DNA of 64,000 bases from an uncultured virus (IMG/VR IMGVR_UViG_3300050015_000370) (IMGVR_UViG_3300050015_000370); one strand, 5' to 3'. Positions 39,483 through 48,805 are shown, numbered from the stretch's first letter. A program made the numbers and translations. The notes: a model not told the origin generated them from the sequence alone.

Positions 39483-40307
39483 TCTTCATATGTAACATTT
39501 AAACCTGTAATGGATTCGTGTGGATTTGTACCATCAGAGAAAGTAGATGGTGTTGCTTTCATATTGAAAATAAAGGAATATCGATTAGATGGAATGTTGG
39601 ATGAAAAATTTGATGAATACGCAAAGAAATTCAACACTGAGAATTTACAAGTATTGGAACTCGAAAAAATATCACACTCTGTTATGATGATCGCAAAGAA
39701 AAAATATATATTGGATCTTGCATGGAAAGACCCAGGTATGAGATTCCCGCCACAAACAAAGATAAAATGTGTAGGTATAGAAATTGCCCAAGGTTCTACA
39801 CCAAAATTTGCAAAGAAGGTACTCAACGAACTTATCATTCAACTTTTAAGGGAACAAAAAACTATCAGATATGTTGATCTTGTGCGTAAATTAAAGGAAT
39901 ATAAAAAGGATTTTATAATGCAAAGTCCTGAGGACATAAGTAAGGTGATGAGTCTTGGAGATTATGAAAAATTTGTTCTTGATGATAAGAATTCTGTTAA
40001 ACTTGCAAGTAAATGTCCTTATCATGTAAGAGGAGGTGCTAATTATAACTACCAATTGAATAATTCAAAATGGAAGGGAAAATACAGACATATACGAACA
40101 TCTGATAAGGTAAAATTTTATGCAACTTCTGCAGAATGCGAGGTATTCGCTTATCTACCAGGAGATCTTCCATATGAATTTGCACCACCAATAAATTACG
40201 ATGCTCAGTTTGCAAAGGTAATTGTTGAACCTTTCAATAGGTATATCAAAACAATGGGTTTTCAGGAAATACCTTCCAATTTAATTTATGCAAAAAACCT
40301 ATTTTGA
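39342..40307 (+). CDS. Family-B DNA polymerase (gp43-like), C-terminal half fused to a 47-aa split-intein C-fragment
   Basis: VYDIEV...HTFIVNDILVHN|S intein blocks F/G; then S.YV (end of DTDS motif), LELE, AKKKY, GIEIAQGSTP, CPYHVRG PolB motifs. Confidence 0.9.
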   Translation: MEQGKKYIIEDIESCEQIGEFSNEFVYDIEVDDESHTFIVNDILVHNSSYVTFKPVMDSCGFVPSEKVDGVAFILKIKEYRLDGMLDEKFDEYAKKFNTENLQVLELEKISHSVMMIAKKKYILDLAWKDPGMRFPPQTKIKCVGIEIAQGSTPKFAKKVLNELIIQLLREQKTIRYVDLVRKLKEYKKDFIMQSPEDISKVMSLGDYEKFVLDDKNSVKLASKCPYHVRGGANYNYQLNNSKWKGKYRHIRTSDKVKFYATSAECEVFAYLPGDLPYEFAPPINYDAQFAKVIVEPFNRYIKTMGFQEIPSNLIYAKNLF

Positions 40308-40432
40308 TGCCGTATAACGATTATGATAATTTTATAAGGCACTATCATTTTATGTTAAGGGTTGTGTTTTACTTCATTATTTTATTTTTATTTTTGTTGT
40401 GTAGTTTTATTTATTTGGAATATAAATGTTAA
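40307..40432 (+). CDS. Small 41-aa membrane protein (below the ORF-track cutoff)
   Basis: ATG overlaps the pol TGA; MPYNDYDNFIRHYHFMLRVVFYFIILFLFLLCSFIYLEYKC. Confidence 0.45.
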   Translation: MPYNDYDNFIRHYHFMLRVVFYFIILFLFLLCSFIYLEYKC

Positions 40433-40449
40433 TAATTAATTTTTAAAAA

Positions 40450-40686
40450 ATGGGAAAGATAAAAGCTTATCTGATGGATATATCAGAGGAAATATCAACC
40501 GTAATAACTGAAACATCACAATTAGATCTTGAATACATAGCTGATGTTGATCTTGAAATAGTTGTTGATTACGCAATTAAGAAATATGTTTCAAAATTAG
40601 AGGATCTTAAGAAGGCTGAATTTATTGAAGATAACAAAACCTATATAAGGGATTTTGTGATAGCAAATATAAAATTTGAACGTTGA
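40450..40686 (+). CDS. Hypothetical protein
   Basis: ORF in operon. Confidence 0.6.
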   Translation: MGKIKAYLMDISEEISTVITETSQLDLEYIADVDLEIVVDYAIKKYVSKLEDLKKAEFIEDNKTYIRDFVIANIKFER

Positions 40687-41234
40687 CAATGGATAGTATA
40701 AGATCAAAATATGAAAAATATGGTGTAGATACTTTTTATGAAAATTATTTTGAGGAATATGAAAACCCCCATGAACCTATCATACACAAATCTATAGAAG
40801 TTGCCGAAAAATTATGGGAGGTTGATTTCAGTAAAGCTTTGGATTTAGCCTGTGGCACAGGCGAAATAACTAAGATTCTTTTGAAATTGGGGTATGAAAA
40901 CATTGATGCTGTTGATGCGTATTCACGTAAATATTATGAAAGAAATATCAAACGTAAGTGTGAAACTTTAACATTTGATGACATAATAAAAGGAAAATTA
41001 GATGATAGACAATATTCGATAGTAATATGTAGTTTTGCTATGCATCTATTAGAGAAATCAAAAATGCCTATATTGCTATATAAATTATCTCAAATATCTG
41101 ACCAGTTATTAATAATATCTCCACATAAAAGGCCGATAGTTAAAGATGAGTGGGGATGGCTTATAAAAAATGAAATGAGCCTTGATAAGGTTAGGACACG
41201 ATTATTTACAAATTTTTATAGAATAAAGGAATGA
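40683..41234 (+). CDS. Class I SAM-dependent methyltransferase
   Basis: ALDLACGTGE motif I; IVICSFAMHL. Confidence 0.8.
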   Translation: MTMDSIRSKYEKYGVDTFYENYFEEYENPHEPIIHKSIEVAEKLWEVDFSKALDLACGTGEITKILLKLGYENIDAVDAYSRKYYERNIKRKCETLTFDDIIKGKLDDRQYSIVICSFAMHLLEKSKMPILLYKLSQISDQLLIISPHKRPIVKDEWGWLIKNEMSLDKVRTRLFTNFYRIKE

Positions 41235-41380
41235 ACAAAGACGAAGTTGAAAAATTAGAATGGATCTATCTTAGGATGATAAATCTTCATGATGAAAATC
41301 AAAATATGGATTATATGATTACTCTTAAAAAAATAATTGAAAAATATAAGGTAAAAAATGTTACCATATCAAGAAAATAG
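41231..41380 (+). CDS. Small hypothetical protein (49 aa)
   Basis: ATGA overlap with the upstream gene; fills the gap. Confidence 0.5.
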   Translation: MNKDEVEKLEWIYLRMINLHDENQNMDYMITLKKIIEKYKVKNVTISRK

Positions 41381-41382
41381 TT

Positions 41383-41400
41383 TATATTTGCCTTATAAAA
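41383..41400 (+). promoter_or_regulatory. Early promoter TATATTTGCCTTATAAAA (Bacteroidota -7 type)
   Basis: Identical 18-mer at 49128; 1-nt variant at 46291. Confidence 0.7.
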
Positions 41401-41409
41401 TTATTAGAT

Positions 41410-41814
41410 ATGGAAACGAAATATGAATCATTCTCAGAAGCTAACATTAAAAAGTTTAGGACAATCTTTGAAAAAGCTGTCCAGGGTATTTTTGAAGAAA
41501 CTGGCGTAAAGGTAAGTTTAGGAAATGTTCGTTTTTCTGGCAAATCATTTCACGGAAAACTAACAGCTGTTATAGATGATGTTTCAAATCCATCAGAAAA
41601 TCCAATGGAAATTAAATATCATGAAGATTTTTTAAGGTATGCATTCCAATATGGTTTGAAGAAAACTGATTTGACAACAACAAAGAATATAATGGGCACG
41701 AAGTATACTTTAATTGGATGTGCACCAAGAAGTTCAAGATATCCATTGATTGTAAAAAATCCTAAAGGAGAATTAACAAAGATCACAGTTTCATATTGGA
41801 ATGTCGGAGTATGA
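41410..41814 (+). CDS. Hypothetical protein
   Basis: ORF directly after an early promoter. Confidence 0.7.
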   Translation: METKYESFSEANIKKFRTIFEKAVQGIFEETGVKVSLGNVRFSGKSFHGKLTAVIDDVSNPSENPMEIKYHEDFLRYAFQYGLKKTDLTTTKNIMGTKYTLIGCAPRSSRYPLIVKNPKGELTKITVSYWNVGV

Positions 41815-41969
41815 AAACAATAACAAACATATTTGTTGAAATTGATGGAGAACATGTCAACATCGTTGATCTTGAAAAGGAGGATTATGAAGGATTTCTA
41901 AGAAAAATGGAACTTTTAAGAAATGTTTACAATCTAGTAATTGCCAAAGAAACCCAAAGAAAAAAATAA
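41811..41969 (+). CDS. Small hypothetical protein (52 aa)
   Basis: ATGA overlap; fills the gap. Confidence 0.5.
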   Translation: MKTITNIFVEIDGEHVNIVDLEKEDYEGFLRKMELLRNVYNLVIAKETQRKK

Positions 41970-41974
41970 AAGTT

Positions 41975-42244
41975 ATGGAAATTAAAATGAATTCAAGTTA
42001 CGCAGTACTATATGATAGAGCTGCAATTTTAAAAACTACACCTGAAGAACGCGCTGAGATGGATGAAGCAGCTCGCAAGGATTTTATCGCAAACATCAAT
42101 AAAAGTTTAGATGATGCGAAGGAACTTAAAAAACTCTTGGAAACGAGTTACGGAATGCATAGCAATAGAAATATAAGTGATGCAATCACAACAATAAGCG
42201 AAACTATCAAATCAATTTCGGTTTTTAAATCATCTCTTCAATAA
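41975..42244 (+). CDS. Hypothetical protein
   Basis: ORF in operon. Confidence 0.6.
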   Translation: MEIKMNSSYAVLYDRAAILKTTPEERAEMDEAARKDFIANINKSLDDAKELKKLLETSYGMHSNRNISDAITTISETIKSISVFKSSLQ

Positions 42245-42249
42245 ATTTT

Positions 42250-42432
42250 ATGGATGAATTTATTGAAAATGAGATTGTTGTAATGAAATATCTCAACGGT
42301 TCTACAACAAAAATGATATTCATAGGTTATGATACAGATGGTTTTGTTAAATTAAAGCCTCTGTATTTTTCATGTGCGTACCCTTTTTTAATTCATAAAG
42401 ATAAAATATCAAAATATAATGATAAAGCTTAA
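42250..42432 (+). CDS. Hypothetical protein
   Basis: ORF in operon. Confidence 0.5.
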   Translation: MDEFIENEIVVMKYLNGSTTKMIFIGYDTDGFVKLKPLYFSCAYPFLIHKDKISKYNDKA

Positions 42433-43039
42433 AGAAACTGACGATATCTGGTTTACTTCAGACCCTCACGTTTCACATAATAATATGTGTCGTGGTGTAA
42501 GTGTTTGGACAAATCTTGAAAGTACTAGAGATTTTCCCACCGTCCATGATATGAATAAGATGATCACGGCAAATATAAATAAATGTGCAAGCAAGACTTC
42601 ACATCTATTTCTTTTAGGTGATTTAATGTTTGGCGATAAGCATTATGACAGATTTTTTGATCTTATTGATTGTGAAAATATTTATGTTATTTATGGAAAC
42701 CATGATAATATTAATCTCTTAAAAGAATGCACACATCCTAAATTAAAATTTCAAGGTTATTATGAAAAATTAATGGTAGGAAAAAAGGAGATCATTCTGT
42801 CTCATTATCCTATTTTTTCTTGGGAAAATTCACAAAGAGGTTCATGGATGTTATTTGGTCATTGTCATAATACACTTAAGGATTTAACATATCTAAAAAG
42901 GCGTTGTTTTGATGTAGGTATTGATTGGGCTGAATTTAGACCTTATAATTATTTTGAGATTAAGGAGATAATGAGATTGAAGGAAATTTTAGTTGTTGAT
43001 CACCATGATCCAAATGATAATGGACACACAAATCAATAG
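42419..43039 (+). CDS. Calcineurin-like metallophosphoesterase
   Basis: SDPH, LGD, GNHD, SHYP, FGHCH motifs. Confidence 0.85.
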   Translation: MIKLKETDDIWFTSDPHVSHNNMCRGVSVWTNLESTRDFPTVHDMNKMITANINKCASKTSHLFLLGDLMFGDKHYDRFFDLIDCENIYVIYGNHDNINLLKECTHPKLKFQGYYEKLMVGKKEIILSHYPIFSWENSQRGSWMLFGHCHNTLKDLTYLKRRCFDVGIDWAEFRPYNYFEIKEIMRLKEILVVDHHDPNDNGHTNQ

Positions 43040-43316
43040 TAAAAAAATTCCGTTTAAGGACACACCTGTTCTCTATGGTGAAGATGCTAAAAAATTTTTA
43101 AAGGCTATAGATAACCAACCGCCAATTTCCGATGATGTAAAAGAAAGGATGATTGAAAACTTTAATAAATTTCAATCAATAAACAATTCGAGTTTGTCTC
43201 CTTTAGAATTTGATCTTTTCAAATTATTGATTTTATCTATTGACAACATGTCAGATTTAAATCCTGTTAAATATTTAGATACTTATTTATATTTCAAGAA
43301 AAAATTTAATTTATAA
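43020..43316 (+). CDS. Hypothetical protein (start uncertain)
   Basis: DTPVLYGEDAKKF segment; ORF in operon. Confidence 0.5.
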   Translation: MDTQINSKKIPFKDTPVLYGEDAKKFLKAIDNQPPISDDVKERMIENFNKFQSINNSSLSPLEFDLFKLLILSIDNMSDLNPVKYLDTYLYFKKKFNL

Positions 43317-43320
43317 AAAA

Positions 43321-43665
43321 ATGAAAGTAATAGTTGATGGTTATGAAGTAGATACGAAAAAAATAGATCGTATAGGGGAAATATATTCTGATGATAATTT
43401 TCATTTTTTTAAATCAGAGCAAATTAATCCATATCAACCTAAAACGAGTTTTGTTATACATTTTTTCAATAGAAAAGATATTGAAATTTTTATGACTTAT
43501 AATAGATATTTGCAAAAATATAAGTTAGATCATGTTGAACAGAAATCTGATGAAGAATTTCAAAAAATCATTAATATAATGAAACATGATTTAAGAATTT
43601 TAAGGGAGAATGTTAAGGAATTATGGCTTTCTGATCCTTGTAAACTTGAAAAAATTAATTTTTAA
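43321..43665 (+). CDS. Hypothetical protein
   Basis: ORF in operon. Confidence 0.6.
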   Translation: MKVIVDGYEVDTKKIDRIGEIYSDDNFHFFKSEQINPYQPKTSFVIHFFNRKDIEIFMTYNRYLQKYKLDHVEQKSDEEFQKIINIMKHDLRILRENVKELWLSDPCKLEKINF

Positions 43666-43726
43666 AGGTTGTTTTTTATTAAAAACATATAAACAAAAAG
43701 CTTATAATAATAATACATATTTATTT

Positions 43727-44137
43727 ATGGAGATTGTAATTGATTTTGATGGGACAGTTGTAACACATGACTACCCCCGTGTAGGTAAAGATATTGGTGC
43801 GGTTCCAGTTTTAAAAAAACTTATTGCTGCAGGTCATAATTTGATATTATTCACAATGAGATGTGATGGGATACTTCCTAATAATGGTGATAAGGAAGTT
43901 ACGTTTTTAACTGACGCTGTGAATTGGTTTAAGGATAATGAAATTCCATTATATGGAGTTCAAAAAAATCCTACTCAACATGAATGGACAACTTCACCAA
44001 AGGCGTATGGCCAACTTATCATTGATGATGCTGCAGCTGGATGTCCTCTAATATATAATCCATTACTTTCAAATAGACAGTTTGTGAATTGGGTAAGGAT
44101 GGAAGAAATTTTACGTTTAAAATTACTAATAAAATAA
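43727..44137 (+). CDS. HAD-superfamily hydrolase
   Basis: IDFDGTV, FTMR, K..G.LIIDD; start moved to ATG 43727. Confidence 0.8.
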   Translation: MEIVIDFDGTVVTHDYPRVGKDIGAVPVLKKLIAAGHNLILFTMRCDGILPNNGDKEVTFLTDAVNWFKDNEIPLYGVQKNPTQHEWTTSPKAYGQLIIDDAAAGCPLIYNPLLSNRQFVNWVRMEEILRLKLLIK

Positions 44138-44139
44138 TT

Positions 44140-44529
44140 ATGGATAATAAATTATTTGAACATTTAAATGATCTTTCTGCAGAAATTCATAAAGATCAAG
44201 TTGCTAAAGGATTTTATGATAATCAAAGAGAAGATGGAACTCTTCTTATGTTGGTTAATTCTGAATTGTGTGAGGCTATGGAAGCTTTGCGTCATGATAA
44301 ATTTGCATATATACCCCAATTTGAATATTATTATAAACATTCAGAAGATAAAGATTTTAAAACTCTCTTCGAAAATAATATAAAGGATACCCATGAGGAC
44401 GAGATTGCAGATGCTTTTATACGTTTACTTGATTATGCTGCGTATAAAAATATAGATTTGGCATGGCATGCTTCAAATAAATTGAAATATAATGCGTTAA
44501 GACCACACAAACACGATAAAAAATTCTAA
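44140..44529 (+). CDS. MazG-like nucleotide pyrophosphohydrolase
   Basis: SELCEAMEALR, EDEIADAFIRLLD, K..YN..R..KH.K. Confidence 0.8.
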   Translation: MDNKLFEHLNDLSAEIHKDQVAKGFYDNQREDGTLLMLVNSELCEAMEALRHDKFAYIPQFEYYYKHSEDKDFKTLFENNIKDTHEDEIADAFIRLLDYAAYKNIDLAWHASNKLKYNALRPHKHDKKF

Positions 44530-44530
44530 A

Positions 44531-44809
44531 ATGGATATAATTTTACACGGTTCCGAAAGAACCAGGGTCGAAACAAAGTATTCTTCAGATATTCATAATT
44601 TTGTTGATATTTCTTCATTGAAGGATTGTGCGGGATTATGTATATCAAACTGGAGTTTATCACAACAATATATAGAGATCCGTAAGAAAAATAATCAATT
44701 AGCAATGTTTGTTTTCAATAGTAAGGGTATCAAACATCAAGTTGATCTTGAATATTGGGCTGACGCGGAGGTTGTTTTTTCTATCAATGAAGTAACACAT
44801 AACAAATGA
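44531..44809 (+). CDS. Hypothetical protein
   Basis: ORF in operon. Confidence 0.55.
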   Translation: MDIILHGSERTRVETKYSSDIHNFVDISSLKDCAGLCISNWSLSQQYIEIRKKNNQLAMFVFNSKGIKHQVDLEYWADAEVVFSINEVTHNK

Positions 44810-45021
44810 AATTAACCTTAAATCAACAGAATGCTTTATACATTCTAAATGAAGAAAGAATCATTGAACTTGGATCCAAGAAAGTGAATGGTAATACTAT
44901 GAATTCTCTATATTTTAAAAATCTCGTAACAACAAGGTGGTATGCAAATGGAGAATTCTGGGAACTTACAGATAAAGGTGTAGATGAAATCGAATTTATA
45001 AACAAACAAAATAAATTATAA
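44806..45021 (+). CDS. Hypothetical protein, possible winged helix
   Basis: LT..Q...L ... L...LV ... WELTDKG pattern. Confidence 0.5.
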   Translation: MKLTLNQQNALYILNEERIIELGSKKVNGNTMNSLYFKNLVTTRWYANGEFWELTDKGVDEIEFINKQNKL

Positions 45022-45023
45022 AA

Positions 45024-45278
45024 ATGTATAAAGATGCGTATTCCGAAAAAATAACGAAAATAGTATCAAAGTGTACTAAACCTAATGGTTGGGCTTCCTT
45101 TTCCGATATTGGTAATCTTTTTCGTAAGAAAAGGGTGAATTATAAGTTTTTTGCGGGCAATCATAAAATACGTATTACTGGATATGATGATTTAACAGAA
45201 TGTCTTTTAGATAATGTTAAGGATATTGAAATTGTTACATCAGCTAGATGTTGTAAAATAAATACAAATTATAAATGA
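45024..45278 (+). CDS. OST-HTH/LOTUS-like domain protein
   Basis: GWASFSDIGNLF ... GYDDLTECL resembles the GW..L..VG..L...GY.KL..L pattern. Confidence 0.5.
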   Translation: MYKDAYSEKITKIVSKCTKPNGWASFSDIGNLFRKKRVNYKFFAGNHKIRITGYDDLTECLLDNVKDIEIVTSARCCKINTNYK

Positions 45279-45451
45279 ACGTAAAGAAGGATGTATACGA
45301 AAAAATGAAAGGTATTCTAAACAATGAAATTAGAGTAGCCTATGGTAAATTAAATAGAAATAGGGATGCCATAAATAATCTTGCGAAAGAACAACGTGTC
45401 CTTAAATCAACAATCGGAGAATTACAAAAAACAAAACATTTATTCAAATAA
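45275..45451 (+). CDS. Small coiled-coil protein (58 aa)
   Basis: ATGA overlap; MNVKKDVYEKMKGILNNEIR... Confidence 0.5.
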   Translation: MNVKKDVYEKMKGILNNEIRVAYGKLNRNRDAINNLAKEQRVLKSTIGELQKTKHLFK

Positions 45452-45452
45452 T

Positions 45453-46268
45453 ATGAAAAGTCTAAGAAAAATTATTTTTAAGTTTTTAACAGGAATGGAT
45501 TCAGATAAATTACCTAATAATGTAGAAAATGCAGGGATTTATGGAGAGGTAACACTAGGAGTTAATTCGGAGTTATATACAGACAATTATCTTTTTGATT
45601 TTAAAAATTATCAATCTCAGTATAATAATATTGGCGGAAATGGTATCTTTTTTACTAATCCATCAATTGTAGTTCCAACAATAGGAATGTCTGATCCCAC
45701 AGTAGGAATGTCTGATGATAATTCACCATCCTCAGAAGTAAACATACCTCAAAAGATAAAGGTTAAACCTATTGATGTGTTAAACGAACTTGAGACAGTT
45801 CCCACGCCCTTTAATCTTACATTGATAGATGAAAAGATTTCAATATTAAAAGATAAATCAAAATTAATTACTCAGTCTTATGCGAAAAGAGAAGTTGACG
45901 CTTTGATTGAACGGATGGAAAATAGGAAAAAATATTTTGAATCTAAGGAATTTTTTGAAAGATTTTCAAATACAACCGACGAAAAAATCGATAACTTATT
46001 GAAAAAGTATGAGTTGGTTATGAAAACATCAGATATTTTTGTGCCTGAATTTCCAGTTGAAGCAATAAAGATTATGACAGAATACACTGAAGAAGTTGCA
46101 AAAATTTGCGATAAGAAACCGTATTTTTATGTTATCGCTGATGAAGACCTCTTCAGAAAATCATATGATAAAAGAGATCCAATTCTTTTAGTACAAAGCC
46201 CATTTGGATTTTATTGGCAGATTTTAGGAGCATGGGATAAAGAAATGTTAATATTATCAGAATTATAG
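45453..46268 (+). CDS. Hypothetical protein
   Basis: Start moved to ATG 45453; tandem PTIGMSD/PTVGMSD; C-terminal DPILLVQSPFGFYWQILGAWD. Confidence 0.7.
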   Translation: MKSLRKIIFKFLTGMDSDKLPNNVENAGIYGEVTLGVNSELYTDNYLFDFKNYQSQYNNIGGNGIFFTNPSIVVPTIGMSDPTVGMSDDNSPSSEVNIPQKIKVKPIDVLNELETVPTPFNLTLIDEKISILKDKSKLITQSYAKREVDALIERMENRKKYFESKEFFERFSNTTDEKIDNLLKKYELVMKTSDIFVPEFPVEAIKIMTEYTEEVAKICDKKPYFYVIADEDLFRKSYDKRDPILLVQSPFGFYWQILGAWDKEMLILSEL

Positions 46269-46290
46269 TATAATATTGAAAAATATTTGT

Positions 46291-46308
46291 TATATTTACC
46301 TTATAAAA
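46291..46308 (+). promoter_or_regulatory. Early promoter variant TATATTTACCTTATAAAA
   Basis: 1-nt variant of the motif at 41383 and 49128. Confidence 0.65.
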
Positions 46309-46314
46309 TAAAAA

Positions 46315-46575
46315 ATGAAAGTAAGAGGATATTCACTAGTTGATGTAGATGTCGATCCATCAAATGTTTTGTTAGAACTTATGAAAACTATAGTTCATGA
46401 TAAAGAATGGTTGGACATTCAAACTATAGGAAATGATAACGTTTATGTTATCATGGGAATGGTTGATGCTGGTAACCATTCATATGAAAAGGTATTAAGA
46501 GTTATTTCAGAAGAAGAATGGGAATTTTATGGTAATTTAAAGGCCGCATATGAATATTTAAAAGAAAAAAAATAA
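46315..46575 (+). CDS. Hypothetical protein
   Basis: ORF after promoter. Confidence 0.6.
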   Translation: MKVRGYSLVDVDVDPSNVLLELMKTIVHDKEWLDIQTIGNDNVYVIMGMVDAGNHSYEKVLRVISEEEWEFYGNLKAAYEYLKEKK

Positions 46576-46576
46576 A

Positions 46577-46885
46577 ATGATAGAAAGAAGCGAAACAAAA
46601 AAAACTATAATTGAATGTGAATGTGGCGTTCACCTATTACAGATTCAAAGTGAAACAGATTTTTTTAAAGAAGATGATAATCCTGAAAGATATAATCAAC
46701 AATTTTATCTTTCAATGTTTTCTTATGGTGAATACAGGGAACAACCAACATTTTTTGAAAAACTTAAAATTGCTTGGAGGTATATGAAATTTGGTAAGAT
46801 GCATGATGATCAACTTATCATGAATCCTGATGAAGCTAATAAACTTGCAAATTTCATTCATGATAATTTGCAATCAGAAAAATAA
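46577..46885 (+). CDS. Hypothetical protein
   Basis: ECECGVH, EKLKIAWRY. Confidence 0.6.
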   Translation: MIERSETKKTIIECECGVHLLQIQSETDFFKEDDNPERYNQQFYLSMFSYGEYREQPTFFEKLKIAWRYMKFGKMHDDQLIMNPDEANKLANFIHDNLQSEK

Positions 46886-46889
46886 AGAT

Positions 46890-47443
46890 ATGAAAAATAC
46901 TGTGAAACAAACGTATGCAGAAATATTTAAAGTATTGAAAAACATAAAGATATCTGTAATATTGATATTGAAGTTTTAGAAAGAAGAGCAAATTGCCATA
47001 TATTTGGAATAGATTTGAAAGAAAAATATGGTTTAAATATTAATCCTATAAATGTAGATTCTACAGATTGGGTTAGATTTGGCGATCATGTTGCCATTGG
47101 AATGTGGGGAGAAAAATTTCGCAGGACAATATCTTGGCCTGATAATGGCAAACAACCAAAAAATGAATTATTACTACAATATAGTTTTTCTGTTGGCGCC
47201 TATATATTTGGTGAACATTATCCTGTAGAATTATTCCAAAAATTATTCCAAGAATTAAAAACATATAATCCTAAATATGTAGATAGCCATAATTCTGCTT
47301 TATATTTTTCTATGGATAATGCAAAGGATATTTTTAATATTTTTGATGATATAATGAAAAAATACTTTGTTTTAAATAAAGAAGATTATAAGGAAAGACA
47401 AATTAAAAAATTGGAGGATGAATTATTAAAACTTAAGTCATGA
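46890..47443 (+). pseudogene. Hypothetical gene with a frameshift in the A-run at 46938-46942 (or an assembly indel)
   Basis: One extra A joins MKNTVKQTYAEIFKVLK to KHKDICNID...LKEKYG (ORF 47015..47443). Confidence 0.6.
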
Positions 47444-47643
47444 AGAAAGAATTAACTCTATCTGAACAGATAGAAATACTTAATGAACTTACACAATATC
47501 AGATGTGTTATATGTGGAGATTTCATGTTGGCAACCCAGATTATTTCGATAATACGAAGGAAATCTCAAAATCCTTTTCACATAGATTGTTCAATCATTT
47601 TGGTGGTTTTACACCAGAAATTTCAAAACAATTAGGATGGTAA
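47440..47643 (+). CDS. Hypothetical protein
   Basis: WRF...G ... GGFTPEISKQLGW. Confidence 0.6.
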   Translation: MKKELTLSEQIEILNELTQYQMCYMWRFHVGNPDYFDNTKEISKSFSHRLFNHFGGFTPEISKQLGW

Positions 47644-47885
47644 GGATATTTTTAAAATGGTTATTTGATTTTTTAAAAGGGTTTATAATTTTTATACTCC
47701 TTTTGGGATTTTTTATGATAAATTTTCTTAACATATTATGTGTTTGGGAAATTCATCTTTTTTGGTCAGGATTGTGGTCAGCAGGAATATTATTTATTGA
47801 TGCTATAATATTTTTTATACTTTTATTAATAAAGGAAAACAAAAATGAAATCGAAAGAAGAAATTGCTCAATGGATCATAGATAA
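47637..47885 (+). CDS. Small membrane protein
   Basis: Two hydrophobic segments. Confidence 0.5.
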   Translation: MVRIFLKWLFDFLKGFIIFILLLGFFMINFLNILCVWEIHLFWSGLWSAGILFIDAIIFFILLLIKENKNEIERRNCSMDHR

Positions 47886-48282
47886 TAGATATCCGAAATC
47901 TGAGAATGAAAAAACAAGTGATTTTGAAATGTATCATTTTATTATAGATGAAATAGAAAAATTATTAGAAAATAATAAATCAAAAATGATAAAGTTAAAT
48001 AAAAAAACATATACAAATCTTATAACTGCCGATATTTTAAAAATCGATACAGAAATGAAAGATTCCTTAGAAAAAGAACATATAAAGGAAATTCTTAATT
48101 GGAGTATTGATAAAATTTATAAAGAAGATGGTGAGATGACTCAAGAGCCAAAACCATTTATATGTACATGTATTGGAACATTTGAACATCACAGAAAACT
48201 AAATTGTTTTCCGTATGGAGATAATTGTGAATGGGATGAATGCACTGTGTGCGGAAAACAATTGAATTATAGAGTATATTAA
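47845..48282 (+). CDS. Hypothetical protein with C-terminal Cys cluster
   Basis: CTC...C...C...CTVC. Confidence 0.55.
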   Translation: MKSKEEIAQWIIDNRYPKSENEKTSDFEMYHFIIDEIEKLLENNKSKMIKLNKKTYTNLITADILKIDTEMKDSLEKEHIKEILNWSIDKIYKEDGEMTQEPKPFICTCIGTFEHHRKLNCFPYGDNCEWDECTVCGKQLNYRVY

Positions 48283-48359
48283 TAAAACAATAAAAGTAGC
48301 TTTTTATCAATATTTAATAAAAAGTAGCTCAAATTATTATTTTATCAATACTTCAAATA

Positions 48360-48425
48360 AAAATTTTAAAACTTATGAAGAAGCATTAGAAGAAGCATTA
48401 CAAGAAACATTAAAACTTTTATAAT
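48360..48425 (+). pseudogene. 3' remnant of a paralog of 48427..48801
   Basis: Reads NFKTYEEALEEALQETLKLL* vs RFKTYEEALEKGLKNAL; no start codon. Confidence 0.55.
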
Positions 48426-48426
48426 T

Positions 48427-48801
48427 ATGAAAGAACAATTAATAAGTTTTGACACAGCTAAATTATTAACACATACTGATTTTTATCAAAAGGATTGTAA
48501 TAATGGTTATCTAATATCTTCAGGTGAATTATCTTTTGATTATTTGCTTGATTATTGTAATAAAAAAGCAATTGCATCAGTTACTCAATCTCTTCTCCAG
48601 AAATGGTTAAGAGAAAAACATGAAATTTCTGTTGAAGTAACTTCTTCATACTATTATTCAGATCCTCATTATGTGTCATGGATGTATAGAATTAATACAA
48701 AGATTGGTGAAGATTGTGGTGATATTGCAACTAGATTTAAAACTTATGAAGAAGCACTTGAAAAAGGATTGAAAAATGCATTAATAATTTTATCTTTATA
48801 A
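48427..48801 (+). CDS. Hypothetical protein (common phage family)
   Basis: ISFDTAKLL, TQSLLQKWLREKH, TYEEALE. Confidence 0.65.
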   Translation: MKEQLISFDTAKLLTHTDFYQKDCNNGYLISSGELSFDYLLDYCNKKAIASVTQSLLQKWLREKHEISVEVTSSYYYSDPHYVSWMYRINTKIGEDCGDIATRFKTYEEALEKGLKNALIILSL

Positions 48802-48805
48802 AATT

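Noticed and set aside
39314..39838. 174-aa minus-strand ORF and the other antisense or nested ORFs in the track (e.g. 21151..21690, 7085..7429, 63567..63890)
   Set aside because: They lie opposite well-supported genes, lack motifs and have shadow-frame composition.
45673..45717. 21-nt tandem duplication (PTIGMSD/PTVGMSD)
   Set aside because: Real, but a simple in-frame duplication in a low-complexity linker with no sign of function.
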